Positions 48,498 to 60,190 of a stretch of 64,000 bases of DNA are shown in pieces. The notes under the pieces were generated by a model. It did not search any database. It saw only the letters and a program-made list of their open reading frames with translations, and was not told the origin of the DNA. The DNA lies in assembly GCA_963706325.1 (NCBI GenBank), contig CAVPLT010000004.1, positions 192,001 through 256,000 on the forward strand. The letters run 5' to 3'. Made by a program: the position numbers and the translations under genes. The DNA comes from an uncultured Nitrospiraceae bacterium (GTDB lineage Bacteria; Nitrospirota; Nitrospiria; Nitrospirales; Nitrospiraceae). The first letter of the stretch is position 1, and every line of letters begins with the position of its first letter.

Positions 48498-51400
48498 TTA
48501 CTCCGGCTGTGATTGATCAATGGGAACGCGGACGGTCACCCTCGTGCCCTGTTCCAAGTTGCGGTCGATGGTAGTTTCTCCCCCCAGCAGGAGCGCCCGC
48601 TCGCGCATGCCGAGGAGTCCCAGTGACTGAGCACCGGAGACTTCAGCCTCGGTGATGCCTCGGCCATTGTCGCTCACTTGAAGCAAAAGATTTCCCGAAT
48701 GCTCTTGCATGCTGATGTCCACGCGGGAAGCCTGCGCGTGACGCGCCACATTGGTGAGGATCTCCTGAAAGATGCGGAATACCCCGGTGGAGCGGTCCAC
48801 AGTTAACGCGACGTTCCGGAGATAGATATTCAGTGTGCATTGGATGCCGGTTCGATTCTGGAATTCCTGCGCTTGCCATTCGATGGCGGGAATAAGCCCG
48901 AGTTGGTCCAATACCACCGGCCTCAGCTCGGTTGCAATCTTACGCACGGATTGCATCGTTCGATCTACGAGTGTCACGGTCGACTCGATTCTATCCCGTA
49001 TGGCCGGTCGTAGCTCGGTAACCTGGGCGCGCAATAATGCCAGCTCCAATTTTACGCCCAGCAGGGCTTGCCCCAACTCATCATGGACTTCGCGGGCGAT
49101 CCTGGTTCGTTCTTCTTCTCGGATAGATTCCAGTCGACCGGTCAGACTTCGGAGCCGTTCTTGGGACTGTTGCACCTGCTTTTCAGCACGTTTGCGTTCT
49201 TCTTCTTCGTAGGCCAGGGCGACAAGGTTGGACACGGCGATGGCAAACATCCACTCATCTTCCACCCAGTGCCGCGCAGGCCCGAAATGTTCATGGCAGA
49301 TCACGCCTTCCAATCTGCCGAATAGGTACAGTGGGATATCCATTGTGGAGGTGATGCCGTTCGACTCAGTGCACCCGCCGTGAAATTGGTTAGTCCGGCT
49401 GTCTGTCTGAACATCGTCGATCGCGATCATCTGCGACGCGCTCAATGCCTGAAAGTAGGCCGGGTGGGATGCGACAGGTATCGTCATGCCAGCCGAATGC
49501 CGATCGTCGCGCAACTCGTAGCGATCAATACAGTGGATCGCGTTGCGATTATCTGTATAGCGCCAAATGCCGATTCGCTCGACGTCGAGCGTCCGCGCTG
49601 CCATTTTCATGATATGCCGAAGTGCCTGCAAAAGTTCCGAACTCTGAAAAAACCGGCTTTGGGTGAGACCGGTCAATGCCGATTGCTGTTTGATCAGACG
49701 TAGCGCTCTCTGGCTCCGCTCCTGCTCCAACCGCTTACGAACGGTAATATCGATAAAGGTGATGACCGCTCCTGTGACGCTGTTGTGTTCGAAGATGGGA
49801 GAGGAAGAGTAGTCGGCTGGAAAAGCCGTTCCGTCCTTCCGCCACAGGACCTCGTTGTCGATGTGGCAGCTTTGCCCGCTCTGCAAGACATGGTAGATGG
49901 GGCACTCATGGAGAGCATAGGGCAAGCCATCAGACAGAGTATGGTGAACCAGCCGGTGCATGTGCTTCCCCCTCACCTCGTCTGGTTCATAGCCCAGCAT
50001 CTTGGCGCCGGCCTTGTTGATGAAGGTGCAGTAGCCTTCCGGATCAATGCCATAAATGCCGTCCCCTGTTGAGTCTAGGAGAAGCAATCGTTCCCTGGTG
50101 AGCCTCTGCCGCTCTTCCTCCGCTCGCTTGCGTTCCGTGATGTCGGTGGAAATGCCGCACATAGAGGACACGTGGCCGGCCTGGTCGCGAATCGGGACTT
50201 TGACCGACAGATAGGTATGCAGGCCGTCGGCATGGGGCGCATATTCTTCGATTTCCAAAGGTCTGCCGTTCGCGAGGACCCACCGGTCGTTTGCCCGAAA
50301 TGCATCGGCGACCTCTTTTGAGAAAATGTCATAGTCGGTTTTGCCGATCACCTGCTCCGAGGTGATATGAAAGATCTGTTCAAAGCGAGAATTGACCATG
50401 AGGTAACGCCCGTCCGCCTGCTTGGCATAGATGGCGGCGGTGGCGTTGTTGATGACAGAACGGAGCAGTACTTCGCTGCGATGGAGAGTTTCCTCGGCGC
50501 GCTTGCGCTCGGTGATATCCGTGGTCATGCCGCATAAGGCATAACAGCCTCCCTGAGGCGTTAGCAGAGGGAACTTCATGACGATGTAAGTGTGATGATT
50601 TTTGTCGAGGATCGCTGTTTCTTCAAACTCCATCGGGACGCCGGACTCAAGCACCTGCCGGTCATTCGCCTGCCAGGCTGCGGCCTGTTCCAAGGGGAAA
50701 AATTCATCGCCTGTTTTGCCGGCAATCTCCGAGTTCATTATGTGGAAGGTCTGTTCGATCTTGCGATTGATCTGCAGGTAGCGCCCTTCCAAATCTTTAA
50801 TAAAAATCATGGAAGGGCTGTTATCCATGATGGCCTTAAACCTTGCCTCGCTTGCACGGAGCGCCTCCTCCGCTCTCACACGTTCGCTGATATCGCGAAT
50901 GATGCCGGTAATGAACAAGGTGGACTTGGCCGTCCACGCCGCCAGGCTGAACTCCAATGGGAACTCCGTGTCGTCTTTTCTCAGCCCTATCAGTTCAAAC
51001 ATGGTGGCTTGTACGGTCAATTTTCCCGCAGCCGCCACACGTTGGACCCCTCGTCGGTGGGCCTCACGGAACCGCTCGGGAATAATGCGGGTCATCGGTT
51101 GGCCGACCATCTCTTTGGCGGTGTAGCCGAATGTCTTCTCTGCGCCGTTGTTCCAGAATGCGACCTGTCCCTCGGTATCCATCAAAATAATCGCATCCCC
51201 GGTCGATTGCACAATCGACCGCAACCGGCCTTCGCTCTCCAGCAGGGCCTCCTCCGCCCGTTTCCGCTCGGTAATGTCCCGAGCCACTGCTTGGAAGCCC
51301 TCCACCCGATTGTCCGCAAGCAGGACTTGCACATTCTGACCGATCCATACCTCGCTGCCATCCTTTGCGAGGGCAGGGAATTCGTAATACGTACTTGGCT

Positions 51401-52439
51401 GTTGTCGTATGGATTGCCGGACGTAGAACCGTTCGGCTGCTTTCTGATGATCGGGATGGATCAGCTCAATAAACCGACGCCCCAGCAATTCCTGCTCGGA
51501 ATATTTCATGATTCGCATGGCAACGGGATTGACGAAGGTAAACCGGCCCATTGCGTCGGTTCGGTAGATGATGTCATTGGCCTTTGTCACCAGTAGACGA
51601 TACTGCTCTTGGCTTTCCCGCAAGGCCTCGTCCGTGCGTTTTGCACCGGTGATATCGCGAAAGACCGCGACCCCTCCCTTGAGCTGAGCGGACTCGTCTC
51701 GCAATGGCCGCGCGTTGACGCTCAGCCACGCTCCGTCGGGATGCGTCGCGTTACGGAGAAATAGTATGATGTTCGTGACGGATTCGCCCCTGATTGCCCG
51801 CGCCAGCGGTAGGTCGTGAGTCGGGTAGGGTGTCGTCTTGTCGAGTAAAAAAAGTCCGTAGTGCTCGGACCATTCGCCGATTCCTGTATCGATGGGTCCG
51901 GTTCCCATGATGCGTTCGGCGGCGGGATTCCACACTTGGAACATTCCGGCCTCGTCCGCCATCACCACGCCATCGGCAATGCTGTGGAGCACAGACTGGA
52001 GAAGGCGAGTTTTTTCTCGGAGTTCCCTTTCAAGTCTGGATCGCTCCACTGCGTAACTGAGCGCGCGAGTGAGCAGTGGCGCGGTGACTTGTCCTTTCAC
52101 GAGGTAATCCTGGGCTCCTGACTGGATCAGCCGCAGGCCTAATTCCTCGTCTTCCAGGCCGGTCATCAGGACGATGGGGACACCCTTCGCCGCGGCGTGC
52201 ATACGACAAAGGGTCTCGGCTCCTTGGCTGTCCGGCAAGGACAGGTCCAGCAGAATGACGTCGACCGTCCCCTGATTGAGGCAGCGAATGCCGCTCTCAA
52301 GTCGGTCCACGTGTGTGAGCGTGAAACGGTCGGCCTGTCCTTCGGCCAAGAGTTCCCGCAATATCCGGGCGTCACCCGGATTGTCCTCGATCAGGAGGAT
52401 ATGTGTCGGACGCTGGTTCACCCCATCAGTCTTTCTCAT
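48498..52439 (-). CDS. Hybrid sensor kinase REC-6xPAS-GAF-HisKA_3-HATPase
   Basis: [15 protein letters not shown]; six PAS/PAC repeats ending (R/T)[46 protein letters not shown]. Confidence 0.93.
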   Translation of the reverse strand: MRKTDGVNQRPTHILLIEDNPGDARILRELLAEGQADRFTLTHVDRLESGIRCLNQGTVDVILLDLSLPDSQGAETLCRMHAAAKGVPIVLMTGLEDEELGLRLIQSGAQDYLVKGQVTAPLLTRALSYAVERSRLERELREKTRLLQSVLHSIADGVVMADEAGMFQVWNPAAERIMGTGPIDTGIGEWSEHYGLFLLDKTTPYPTHDLPLARAIRGESVTNIILFLRNATHPDGAWLSVNARPLRDESAQLKGGVAVFRDITGAKRTDEALRESQEQYRLLVTKANDIIYRTDAMGRFTFVNPVAMRIMKYSEQELLGRRFIELIHPDHQKAAERFYVRQSIRQQPSTYYEFPALAKDGSEVWIGQNVQVLLADNRVEGFQAVARDITERKRAEEALLESEGRLRSIVQSTGDAIILMDTEGQVAFWNNGAEKTFGYTAKEMVGQPMTRIIPERFREAHRRGVQRVAAAGKLTVQATMFELIGLRKDDTEFPLEFSLAAWTAKSTLFITGIIRDISERVRAEEALRASEARFKAIMDNSPSMIFIKDLEGRYLQINRKIEQTFHIMNSEIAGKTGDEFFPLEQAAAWQANDRQVLESGVPMEFEETAILDKNHHTYIVMKFPLLTPQGGCYALCGMTTDITERKRAEETLHRSEVLLRSVINNATAAIYAKQADGRYLMVNSRFEQIFHITSEQVIGKTDYDIFSKEVADAFRANDRWVLANGRPLEIEEYAPHADGLHTYLSVKVPIRDQAGHVSSMCGISTDITERKRAEEERQRLTRERLLLLDSTGDGIYGIDPEGYCTFINKAGAKMLGYEPDEVRGKHMHRLVHHTLSDGLPYALHECPIYHVLQSGQSCHIDNEVLWRKDGTAFPADYSSSPIFEHNSVTGAVITFIDITVRKRLEQERSQRALRLIKQQSALTGLTQSRFFQSSELLQALRHIMKMAARTLDVERIGIWRYTDNRNAIHCIDRYELRDDRHSAGMTIPVASHPAYFQALSASQMIAIDDVQTDSRTNQFHGGCTESNGITSTMDIPLYLFGRLEGVICHEHFGPARHWVEDEWMFAIAVSNLVALAYEEEERKRAEKQVQQSQERLRSLTGRLESIREEERTRIAREVHDELGQALLGVKLELALLRAQVTELRPAIRDRIESTVTLVDRTMQSVRKIATELRPVVLDQLGLIPAIEWQAQEFQNRTGIQCTLNIYLRNVALTVDRSTGVFRIFQEILTNVARHAQASRVDISMQEHSGNLLLQVSDNGRGITEAEVSGAQSLGLLGMRERALLLGGETTIDRNLEQGTRVTVRVPIDQSQPE

Positions 52440-52878
52440 TCACCGGAAGCACGACGATGCCGAGCCAGAAATCTTCGATCGTTCGCACCACTGTGATGAA
52501 CTGATCCAAGTCGACCGGCTTCGTGATGTAGCAGTTGGCATGGAGGTTATAACTTTTCAACACATCCTGTTCATCTTGCGAGGTCGTCAGCACGACGACC
52601 GGAATGCGTTTGAGCACCTCGTCTGCCTTGATTTGAGCCAGTACCTCACGGCCGTCTTTTCGGGGGAGATTCAAATCAAGCAGAATCAGATGGGGGCGCT
52701 TCGATTGGGCATAGGGACCTTGCCGGCGGAGATAGGTCAAGGCCTCCTCACCGTCTTTGAGCACGGTCAAGTTGTTAATGACCTTTGCCTCCTTCAGGGC
52801 CTCCCTCGTGAGACGAACATCGCCTGGATTATCTTCAACCAGCAGAATCTCGACCGGTCTCACCAATTCAGGCGTCAT
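52426..52878 (-). CDS. Rcp1-like single-domain response regulator
   Basis: [42 protein letters not shown]. Confidence 0.93.
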   Translation of the reverse strand: MTPELVRPVEILLVEDNPGDVRLTREALKEAKVINNLTVLKDGEEALTYLRRQGPYAQSKRPHLILLDLNLPRKDGREVLAQIKADEVLKRIPVVVLTTSQDEQDVLKSYNLHANCYITKPVDLDQFITVVRTIEDFWLGIVVLPVNEKD

Positions 52879-52900
52879 ACAAATTCCTCCTTCCGTCCGG

Positions 52901-54671
52901 TCATTCATTCAGCCCCGTTGCGTCCTGACTCTGTTGATGGTTTCGGATAGTAAAGTAAAATGTTGCTCCCTTACCAGGCTCAGATTCCACCCAGATGCGT
53001 CCCCCGTGCCGTTCGACGATTTTCTTGCAGATCGCCAGCCCGATGCCTGTTCCTGGGTATTCCTGTCTGTTATGAAGCCTCTGGAAAATTACAAAAATAC
53101 GATCGGCATACTGCGGGTCCAGTCCGATGCCATTGTCTCGAATGGAAAACAACCAGTTAGCGTCGGTTCGTGCGGAGACGTGAATGCGCGGTGGTTCGTG
53201 TCCTCTAAATTTGATGGCATTGCTCAGCAGATTCTGAAACAGCTGTTCCAATTGTTTCTCATCGCCCATCACCGTCGGCAACGGGTCATGAGTCACCACT
53301 GCGCCGCTTTCCTTCATGACATACCGTAAATTGTCTAGCGCATAGCCGAGGGCAGTTTCCGCGGAAGTAGGCTTGAACTGCCGGCCCCCCGTGCTCACTC
53401 GGGAATAGGCTAAAAGGTCCTGAATGAGCCGTTGCATGCGCATGGCTCCGTCCACGGCAAAGGCAATGAATTCATCTGCGTCGGAATCCAGTTTCCCAGC
53501 GTATCGCTTTGCCAGAAGCTGTGTATAACTGCTGACCATACGCAGCGGTTCCTGCAAGTCATGCGAGGCCACATAGGCGAATTGTTGCAACTCTGCATTG
53601 GAACGGCCCAGTTCCGCCACAGACTCTTCCAGCTCGTGCCGCGTGTTGACCAGTTCTTTACGCTCACGTCCCAATTTCCACGAAATCCAGATTCCGAAAC
53701 CCATCAGCGGGAGGACGACCAAGAATCCAATTCCTCCTACCGTCCAGAGTAGCCGGTCGACAGGCGCGTACACATCCTCGTGGTTCATCCGGAACAGGAC
53801 AATCCAATCGAGCCCGGGAAAGTCGCGATATCCTCTGGTCGATGCATAGCCGGTGACGACGGAGTTTCCACGGCGGGGAGCGATTTCTTCCACAAACCCC
53901 GGGCGATCCCGGTCGGCGGCCGCTCTGGCTCGTGAAGGTGTATCCAGTTTTACCGGACCGTTATCCAGGTACCTCTAAAGGATACTTCTCGCTGATGATG
54001 ATCCCATCGCGAGTGAGCAGGAGCCATTCGTAGATGTCTTGCCCGTATCGCAGCCTGCCTTCCTGTTCGAAAATCGACCGAAGATTTGCAATCGGCACGC
54101 GGCTGGCCACCACTCCACAAAACTTTCCTCCTGGTCCATAGATCGGTGCCGTGAACCCGACGGTCATCCGTCCCTGAGATTCAGAGGAAGGGGATACCTT
54201 ATCCAAGTGGATCGTTCCCGTTCGCCGCACCAAGTCAAAGGTGTCGGGATCTAAGCCTTGCGTGCCTTGGGCGGGAAGCGGATCGGTTGCCGCGATCACT
54301 TGTCCCTTTGCATCAGCGACGCCCAGCCAGGAGTAGTACCAGTAGAGTTGTTTGTACTGCAGGAGCCTGGCAGTCTTCTCCTCTAAGGTGCCTTCCCGGA
54401 GAACTCCGTCATTAACAAACAGCTGAATATCGCCGAATCGTTCAAACAGCACGCGATCGAGGGCTTCCGCGACCGCTGTGGCGTTCATGGCCAGTTCGCG
54501 TCCCCGTTCAGAGACCAACATGGTGCGCAAGAAGGACAGGGCGTAGAGCCCCAAGACCGTGGCGATGAAAAAACACAGAAGGAGTACCAGCGGAAGCATC
54601 CCCTCACCCCATCGGGGTGCGGGTCGGTAATAGCCACTTGCAGGAGGGTCGTTTGGTACTGCGGTGTTCAT
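52901..54671 (-). CDS. Cache-domain membrane sensor histidine kinase (Cph1-type transmitter); frameshift at 53965-53966
   Basis: TM-Cache-[41 protein letters not shown]; removing one G joins ORFs 53961-54719 and 52901-53893. Confidence 0.88.
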
Positions 54672-54780
54672 TAGCGAGTTGTCTGTGGATGAGTTCAACG
54701 GACAGAGTTGAAATATCATAACTCGTTCCTGCGGGCACTTCCATCTAGGAAAGTCATGTCAGCGCCCGTTTGCCTCATGG

Positions 54781-54810
54781 TTGACTCCCATGCTGTCAGC
54801 CACGTAGGTT
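54781..54810 (+). promoter_or_regulatory. Sigma-70 promoter of arfB
   Basis: TTGACT-N18-TAGGTT. Confidence 0.55.
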
Positions 54811-54841
54811 CTCATCACACCACCTGTCCGTAAGGCTTTTG

Positions 54842-55258
54842 ATGTTGTCAATATCAACACATGTGACTATTCCGGACGAAGAGATCGAACTGGCGGCGGT
54901 GCGCGCGCAGGGTGCAGGCGGGCAGCACGTCAATAAGGTTTCCTCAGCGATACACCTACGCTTTGATATCGTGGCGTCCTCCCTTCCGCCGTTCTATAAA
55001 GAGCGACTCCTGGCAGTGCGGGACCATCGAGTGACGCGCGAGGGCGTGATTATCATCAAGGCGCAGGATTCGAGGAGCCAAGAGAGAAATCGTGCCCTTG
55101 CGCTGGACCGACTACGGGAGTTAATTCAGACGGTGGCGGTGCCACGCACCCCGCGTCGTCCGACTAAGCCGACCAAGGGATCTGCACAGCGGAGATTGCA
55201 AAGCAAAACCAAGCGAGCACGGTTGAAGACATTACGCGGGAAGCCCGCGGAAGAATGA
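54842..55258 (+). CDS. arfB: Alternative ribosome rescue factor B (peptidyl-tRNA hydrolase)
   Basis: GAGGQHVNK, AIHLRFD, RSQERNR, basic tail RRPTKPTKGS..RRL..K. Confidence 0.95.
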   Translation: MLSISTHVTIPDEEIELAAVRAQGAGGQHVNKVSSAIHLRFDIVASSLPPFYKERLLAVRDHRVTREGVIIIKAQDSRSQERNRALALDRLRELIQTVAVPRTPRRPTKPTKGSAQRRLQSKTKRARLKTLRGKPAEE

Positions 55259-55276
55259 GGGATGAACTCGGAAGGT

Positions 55277-55311
55277 AAAAAGAAGGGGCGCTTCAGCTGA
55301 AGCGCCCCTTC
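55277..55311 (-). terminator. Intrinsic terminator between convergent arfB and RRM genes
   Basis: Perfect 30-bp palindrome GAAGGGGCGCTTCAGCTGAAGCGCCCCTTC with U-tract on the minus strand. Confidence 0.85.
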
Positions 55312-55337
55312 GGAGACAAGACGAATCTTGTATCGAC

Positions 55338-55670
55338 TTAGAAGCGGTTGCGCCCGCCGCCGCCGCCACGGTTTTCACCGCCGCCGAAACGTCCACCACC
55401 GCCGCCGCCACCGGAGCGAGCTTCTTGGGGCTTCGCTTCGTTTACGGTGAGTTGGCGGCCATCCATGTCAGAGCCGTTCAAGGCTGTGATGGCTGCTTTC
55501 GCTTCTTCCGCCGTGGACATTTCAACGAATCCAAAGCCTCGCGACTGTCCGGTAAACTTGTCCGTGATCACGCGTGCCGACTCGACGGTGCCGTGGGTCG
55601 AAAACAAGTTGCTGAGTTGGGACTCAGTGGCTGCATACGGCAAACCGCCGACGTACAATTTAGTACCCAT
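55338..55670 (-). CDS. RRM (RNP-1) RNA-binding protein with Gly-rich tail
   Basis: RNP2 KLYVGGL, RNP1 RGFGFVEM, LTVNEAKP; SD AAGGAG. Confidence 0.95.
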   Translation of the reverse strand: MGTKLYVGGLPYAATESQLSNLFSTHGTVESARVITDKFTGQSRGFGFVEMSTAEEAKAAITALNGSDMDGRQLTVNEAKPQEARSGGGGGGGRFGGGENRGGGGGRNRF

Positions 55671-56154
55671 AGGGGTCTCTCCTTTTGAATGATGACATTG
55701 TCGGCGACGCGAGAACAGACATATGAGGGGAATGAGCTGGCCGAAGGCGCTATCATTGAGGCGACTTGGGTCTGACTTCCGATCAACTTCTCGGTAACAA
55801 ACAACATCGGTGATGGGCCATCTAAACTATGTTTCTCATGTGGCCCGTCATGAGCACACGACGCATCCTAACAGAAGAATTTTGAGAATACTATGACTTT
55901 GTCGAGAGAACATAAAAAAATTTTACCTTATGCACTTAGCGGTGGGCTGAGCAGGCGGAAAGCTGCCTATTTTCTTTCGCGGTCGGTCCATTGTGGAGAT
56001 AGGCCCCTATATGCCCGGACTGCTCTTCTTCCCCGAGAGAGGCGATAATGAATAACATATGGCGAGGACGACTTAGCATCACCCACGTAAATTGAGCCAC
56101 GGGGCACTAGCATTCGCAGGGCGTGACCGGCATGGAGGTCATATGTTCGGCGTC

Positions 56155-57024
56155 TTAAACTCCGGCAGAGGCTGTCCGGAGGGAAGAGGCAAGGCCCATT
56201 TTCGACAACGCATAGATGAGCCATTTCGACGGATCATAGTTATACCAGAGCGGTCCGTTGCGATAGTCACTTGGATACGCATGGTGATAGTTGTGATAGC
56301 CTTCGCCAAATGTCAGCAGAGACACAAACCACGAATTGCGGCTCGAATTGGTCGTACTGTAGGGCTGTTCTCCCCATAAGTGACAGACAGAATTGATGAA
56401 AAATGTCGAATTGAGGACGGCAAAGGTCCGTCCAACACCGGCCAGCATGAATCCACCAATTCCCCCCTTCCAGCCGTCATACCCAAACCCCACTACAAAC
56501 GGTAGCGCCAGACCAACAAGAACGATCGCCGCATAATGCCGGTGTTGCCACATGGCCACGCGGTCCTGCATAACTCGCGAACCAAATCGTTCATCATTGC
56601 AGGGCACGGGATTGAGAAGCCAACCGCAGTGGCTATACCAGAACCCCCGTTTGGCATTGTAGGGATCGGCTGGGTCATCGCAGTGTGCATGGTGACGCAG
56701 GTGGTCGGCCGTCCATTTCGCCCCGGAGTTCTGAAGCGCCCAGCCTCCTGCGATCAACAAACAAGCCTTTACCCAGTCGGGGCACTCAAAACTGCGATGG
56801 GTCAACAGTCGGTGGTAGCCTACCGTGATCCCTAGACCGGTGATGACATAGAGCACTGCAAACATCGTCCAGTCGAGCCACGAGTAGCCGAAGACCAGTC
56901 CATAGGCCGGCACTGCAATCACCGATCCTGCGACGATCGACCAGAACAGGAGATAGGTCCAAAACTTATGATGGATGCGATGAACGATGTCGACGGGAAC
57001 AGAGCTGTCGGAAGCGTTTTCCAT
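56155..57024 (-). CDS. Delta-9 acyl-CoA/acyl-lipid fatty acid desaturase
   Basis: GYHRLLTHRSF, DHLRHH, GFWYSHCGW, INSVCH, FGEGYHNYHH. Confidence 0.92.
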   Translation of the reverse strand: MENASDSSVPVDIVHRIHHKFWTYLLFWSIVAGSVIAVPAYGLVFGYSWLDWTMFAVLYVITGLGITVGYHRLLTHRSFECPDWVKACLLIAGGWALQNSGAKWTADHLRHHAHCDDPADPYNAKRGFWYSHCGWLLNPVPCNDERFGSRVMQDRVAMWQHRHYAAIVLVGLALPFVVGFGYDGWKGGIGGFMLAGVGRTFAVLNSTFFINSVCHLWGEQPYSTTNSSRNSWFVSLLTFGEGYHNYHHAYPSDYRNGPLWYNYDPSKWLIYALSKMGLASSLRTASAGV

Positions 57025-57239
57025 CTCACCAGAATAATCAAGCCGGCGCGTTTTCGCAAGCGCGTTCTCAGCGCGTCCCTCTCAAATCAGAGATATTCCA
57101 CGCGCTGTAGTGTGACCTGCAACCGTTCGCATGGAGCGGATGGCGCGTCAACCGGCGGCCGGCCAATACGTTGAAGCGAGTGGGGGCAGGGAGAAAGCTT
57201 AAAGAGATGGGGGTGTTCACTCACTGAAAGGAGAATCGT

Positions 57240-57593
57240 ATGCCTGTGCTGTTTCTGAATCGGCGAATGTCATTGGTTGTCGTACTCTTGTGTGGAGTAC
57301 TCGTCGGCGTCTCCGGGGTGTATGAGGCAGCGTGGTCGGACACAGACTCTGTATCTTCACCCGAACCGGGACCGCCCGCCGTGACACCAGAATCACCCCG
57401 CGGAGCCGGAAAAGTGCATGAGGGGAAGGGAAATCATCTCATGAGGAAAGCCTGCGCCGAGGATGCAAAAAAGCTTTGCACTGACGTGAAAGCGGGAGAC
57501 GGACGGATTGCCAAATGTTTGAAACAGCATGGGCAAGAGCTCTCGCAGGGCTGCGCCGAAATGATCCAGTCGCGCGGCAAGCACCCCCAGTAG
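57240..57593 (+). CDS. Exported cysteine-rich-repeat (GLG1-like) protein
   Basis: Signal peptide; ACAEDAKKLC..GDGRIAKCLKQH..LSQGC. Confidence 0.8.
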   Translation: MPVLFLNRRMSLVVVLLCGVLVGVSGVYEAAWSDTDSVSSPEPGPPAVTPESPRGAGKVHEGKGNHLMRKACAEDAKKLCTDVKAGDGRIAKCLKQHGQELSQGCAEMIQSRGKHPQ

Positions 57594-57650
57594 AAACAGG
57601 CGGCACGCGGGCCTGAAGCAGATACGGGCGAAGTTTTATAAAGCTTGTGC

Positions 57651-57686
57651 GGTGGAGCTGGTTTAAGCCAGCTCCCACCATCTTTT
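57651..57686 (+). terminator. Intrinsic terminator
   Basis: GGTGGAGCTGG-TTTAAG-CCAGCTCCCACC then ATCTTTT. Confidence 0.65.
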
Positions 57687-57778
57687 CTGTCCGGTCACTG
57701 TCAGTGGATTTCTCGTATTTGTTTCTCGATCCATAGTGGATGGGATAGAGTGGCCATTATACATACGGGGGGCTACGT

Positions 57779-58159
57779 ATGAATGGCACTACGGGACAGG
57801 AAGAGTTTTCCGTCGATTTGCGTCAGCATCCGCGCCTGCGAGTGTCGGCCCCGTTCGTCTGTTCGCTCTCCCGTCTCGGTCTGGCCAAATGGCTTGGGCG
57901 TCGATCTGACGGGATCGGGGTGGTGTTCGATGTGTCGATGAAAGGGGCCAAAGTAATGAGTGAGGCGGGCATTCAGCGCGGTGACAGGTTATCGGTCAGC
58001 CTGTCCTTGCCTAATCAGGCCTCCCCGATGACCGTCGAGGAAGCGACGGTGCGTTGGGAGAAGGATCACGTGTATGGGTTAGAGTTTGTCGACCTTTCGC
58101 CTGTGGCTGAAATGCGGTTGCGAAAATTCATTACCATCTCGACGAAACCCGCCTCATAA
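57779..58159 (+). CDS. PilZ domain protein
   Basis: RQHPR and DVSMKG c-di-GMP motifs; ATVRW..YGLEF. Confidence 0.88.
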   Translation: MNGTTGQEEFSVDLRQHPRLRVSAPFVCSLSRLGLAKWLGRRSDGIGVVFDVSMKGAKVMSEAGIQRGDRLSVSLSLPNQASPMTVEEATVRWEKDHVYGLEFVDLSPVAEMRLRKFITISTKPAS

Positions 58160-58324
58160 TCTGCGAAGGCTACTCTGGACAGCACTTCTGTCGGCATGCG
58201 GAGAGGGCATTGCCTGCCAATCCAATTCGGTAAAGCCGCTGTTCTGCTCCCACTGATTGGCTGAAGATAGGTTGAGATTGCGCTCGCCGCTCCGTTTCCC
58301 TACAATGGGCCTCCCCATTCGGCC

Positions 58325-59263
58325 ATGTCCAGCACGAATACACGAAGTCAGCGGCATCATCCGCATAGCCCCCATCATTTTTTCAATTGGCTGACCTGGG
58401 TCGGCTTCGGTCTGTTTCGTCTCCTTTCGTTGCTGCCCTACCGGTGGCAACTCGCGCTCGGCCGACAATGCGGGCGCTTGTTACATGGCCTGCTTACCAG
58501 GAGACGCGATATCGTCCGGGTGAATTTGGCGTTATGTTTTCCTCACCTGGACGTCGCTGAGCGCAATAGGGTTGCGCTACGCTGCTTTGAGTCCATGGGA
58601 ATGGGCATGATGGAGATCGGTCTTGCCTGGTGGGCGAAGGATCCTCACATCCAGTGTGAATGTGCCATCAAGGGACTGGAGCATATCCGAGACGCCCTCC
58701 GGCACAAGCGGGGAGTGTTGCTCTGTGGGGCCCATTTGCATACGGCGGAACTTGCCGGCCGTTTCTTAGCGCATGAACAACCGATCGCGATCGTGTATCG
58801 GCCTCAAAACGATGTGGTGGCAGAAACAATCGCAAACGGCTGTCGTAGCCGCTACTATGCAAACCTCATCCAGCACCGCGATATGAGGGGAGTGCTCCGA
58901 GCATTGGCCGACAATCAGGTAGTTTGGTACGCCCCTGATATTGATGCCGGATCCAAGCGGAGTGTGTTTGCCCCGTTTTTCGAAGTGTCGGCCGCGTCAC
59001 TCACGGCCACTTCCCGATTAGCTAAAGTGAGCGGAGCGCCGGTGGTGCCCTGTTTTTATTATCGCAGGGCAGACGGCAGTGGTTATGACATCGAAGTGCA
59101 GCCGGCGCTCGATCAGTTCCCCTCGGGGGAAGTGTTAGAGGATACTGCGCGCATCAACCGCCTGATCGAGGGTGCCGTTCGTCGCGTCCCGGAACAGTAC
59201 TTTTGGCAGCACCGTCGCTTCAAGAGCCGCCCGCCCGGTGAGCCGCCGGTGTACGGGCGGTAG
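58325..59263 (+). CDS. lpxL: Lipid A late acyltransferase (LpxL/HtrB family)
   Basis: VRVNLALCFP, GLEH, GVLLCGAH..AEL, VWYAPD, FAPFF, PEQYFWQHRRFKSRP. Confidence 0.9.
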   Translation: MSSTNTRSQRHHPHSPHHFFNWLTWVGFGLFRLLSLLPYRWQLALGRQCGRLLHGLLTRRRDIVRVNLALCFPHLDVAERNRVALRCFESMGMGMMEIGLAWWAKDPHIQCECAIKGLEHIRDALRHKRGVLLCGAHLHTAELAGRFLAHEQPIAIVYRPQNDVVAETIANGCRSRYYANLIQHRDMRGVLRALADNQVVWYAPDIDAGSKRSVFAPFFEVSAASLTATSRLAKVSGAPVVPCFYYRRADGSGYDIEVQPALDQFPSGEVLEDTARINRLIEGAVRRVPEQYFWQHRRFKSRPPGEPPVYGR

Positions 59264-59426
59264 CGGGCCCGCATTCGCCGCAGGCATCGACGATTGTTTC
59301 GACTCCAGGATCGGCGAGATGAGGCGTTAGGCCGGTAAAATGCCGAGAAGTATTCGGCGGTTCCGGCGTCTTACGATATACTGCGTTTAGCTGGACGCAG
59401 GGCAGGTTCACATCGTTCGCTCCATC

Positions 59427-59807
59427 ATGGATCACGCCAATCAGGACATAGATAAGCGTATCGAACTGCGACAGCACCAGCGGCGCGCGGTGCCGCCCAC
59501 CTGTCTTCTTTCATTTGCGCGCTTCGCCCTCTCCATCACGTTTAGCGGCGATTCGGAGGGAGAGGGGTCCGTCATCAATCTTTCCATCAAGGGCTGTAAA
59601 GTCGAGAGTGATGCGGGGGTGAAGGTGGGAGATGCCATGTCATTGATACTACTGCTGCCTGGGGGGGATGCACCGACGCCCGTCGATTTAGCCCTGGTGC
59701 GGTGGGCTCACGGTGCATGTTTTGGATTGGAATTTGTGTCTCTTGGGACCATGGCGATGCATCGGCTGCGCACGTTTCTCGCTTCTGCCGCCGGGTCCAA
59801 ACAGTAG
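59427..59807 (+). CDS. PilZ domain protein
   Basis: RQHQR and NLSIKG; ALVRW..FGLEF. Confidence 0.88.
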   Translation: MDHANQDIDKRIELRQHQRRAVPPTCLLSFARFALSITFSGDSEGEGSVINLSIKGCKVESDAGVKVGDAMSLILLLPGGDAPTPVDLALVRWAHGACFGLEFVSLGTMAMHRLRTFLASAAGSKQ

Positions 59808-59860
59808 GCTGTTCGACGAGGGGGTCTTGGTCATACGATACTGCTGAAGTGGAGGCGTCG

Positions 59861-60190
59861 TTGGGAGAAACGAAGGAATTGCGTAAGTCTCGTCGGATCA
59901 CGATTGGCTGTCGTTTGGCATTCTTCGGCGAAGATGATCTAGAAGGCGAGGGAGAGATGCTGGATCTCTCTTTTACCGGCTGTATGGCCAAATCAGACAG
60001 CGTGCTGCACCCTGGTCTCCAGATGAAGGTGTCGTTATTTTTATCGGATGGGCATGACTGGCCGGTTCGCATAGATGAAGCCATCGTCAGGTGGGCGCGA
60101 GGGGGGGAGTTCGGGGTAGAGTTCCTCGCTATACGTCCGCCGCAACTTCAGCGTATCCAGCAGTACGTCATCAAGACAAAGCCCTTATGA
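59861..60190 (+). CDS. PilZ domain protein
   Basis: TTG start after SD GGAGG; RKSRR and DLSFTG; AIVRW..FGVEF. Confidence 0.85.
   Translation: MGETKELRKSRRITIGCRLAFFGEDDLEGEGEMLDLSFTGCMAKSDSVLHPGLQMKVSLFLSDGHDWPVRIDEAIVRWARGGEFGVEFLAIRPPQLQRIQQYVIKTKPL

Noticed and set aside
52901..54671. Bacteriophytochrome call for the Cph1-like kinase next to Rcp1
   Set aside because: The input is TM-Cache-TM; no PAS-GAF-PHY chromophore module
55345..55415. CCG/CCA triplet repeats
   Set aside because: They encode the Gly-rich tail of the RRM protein
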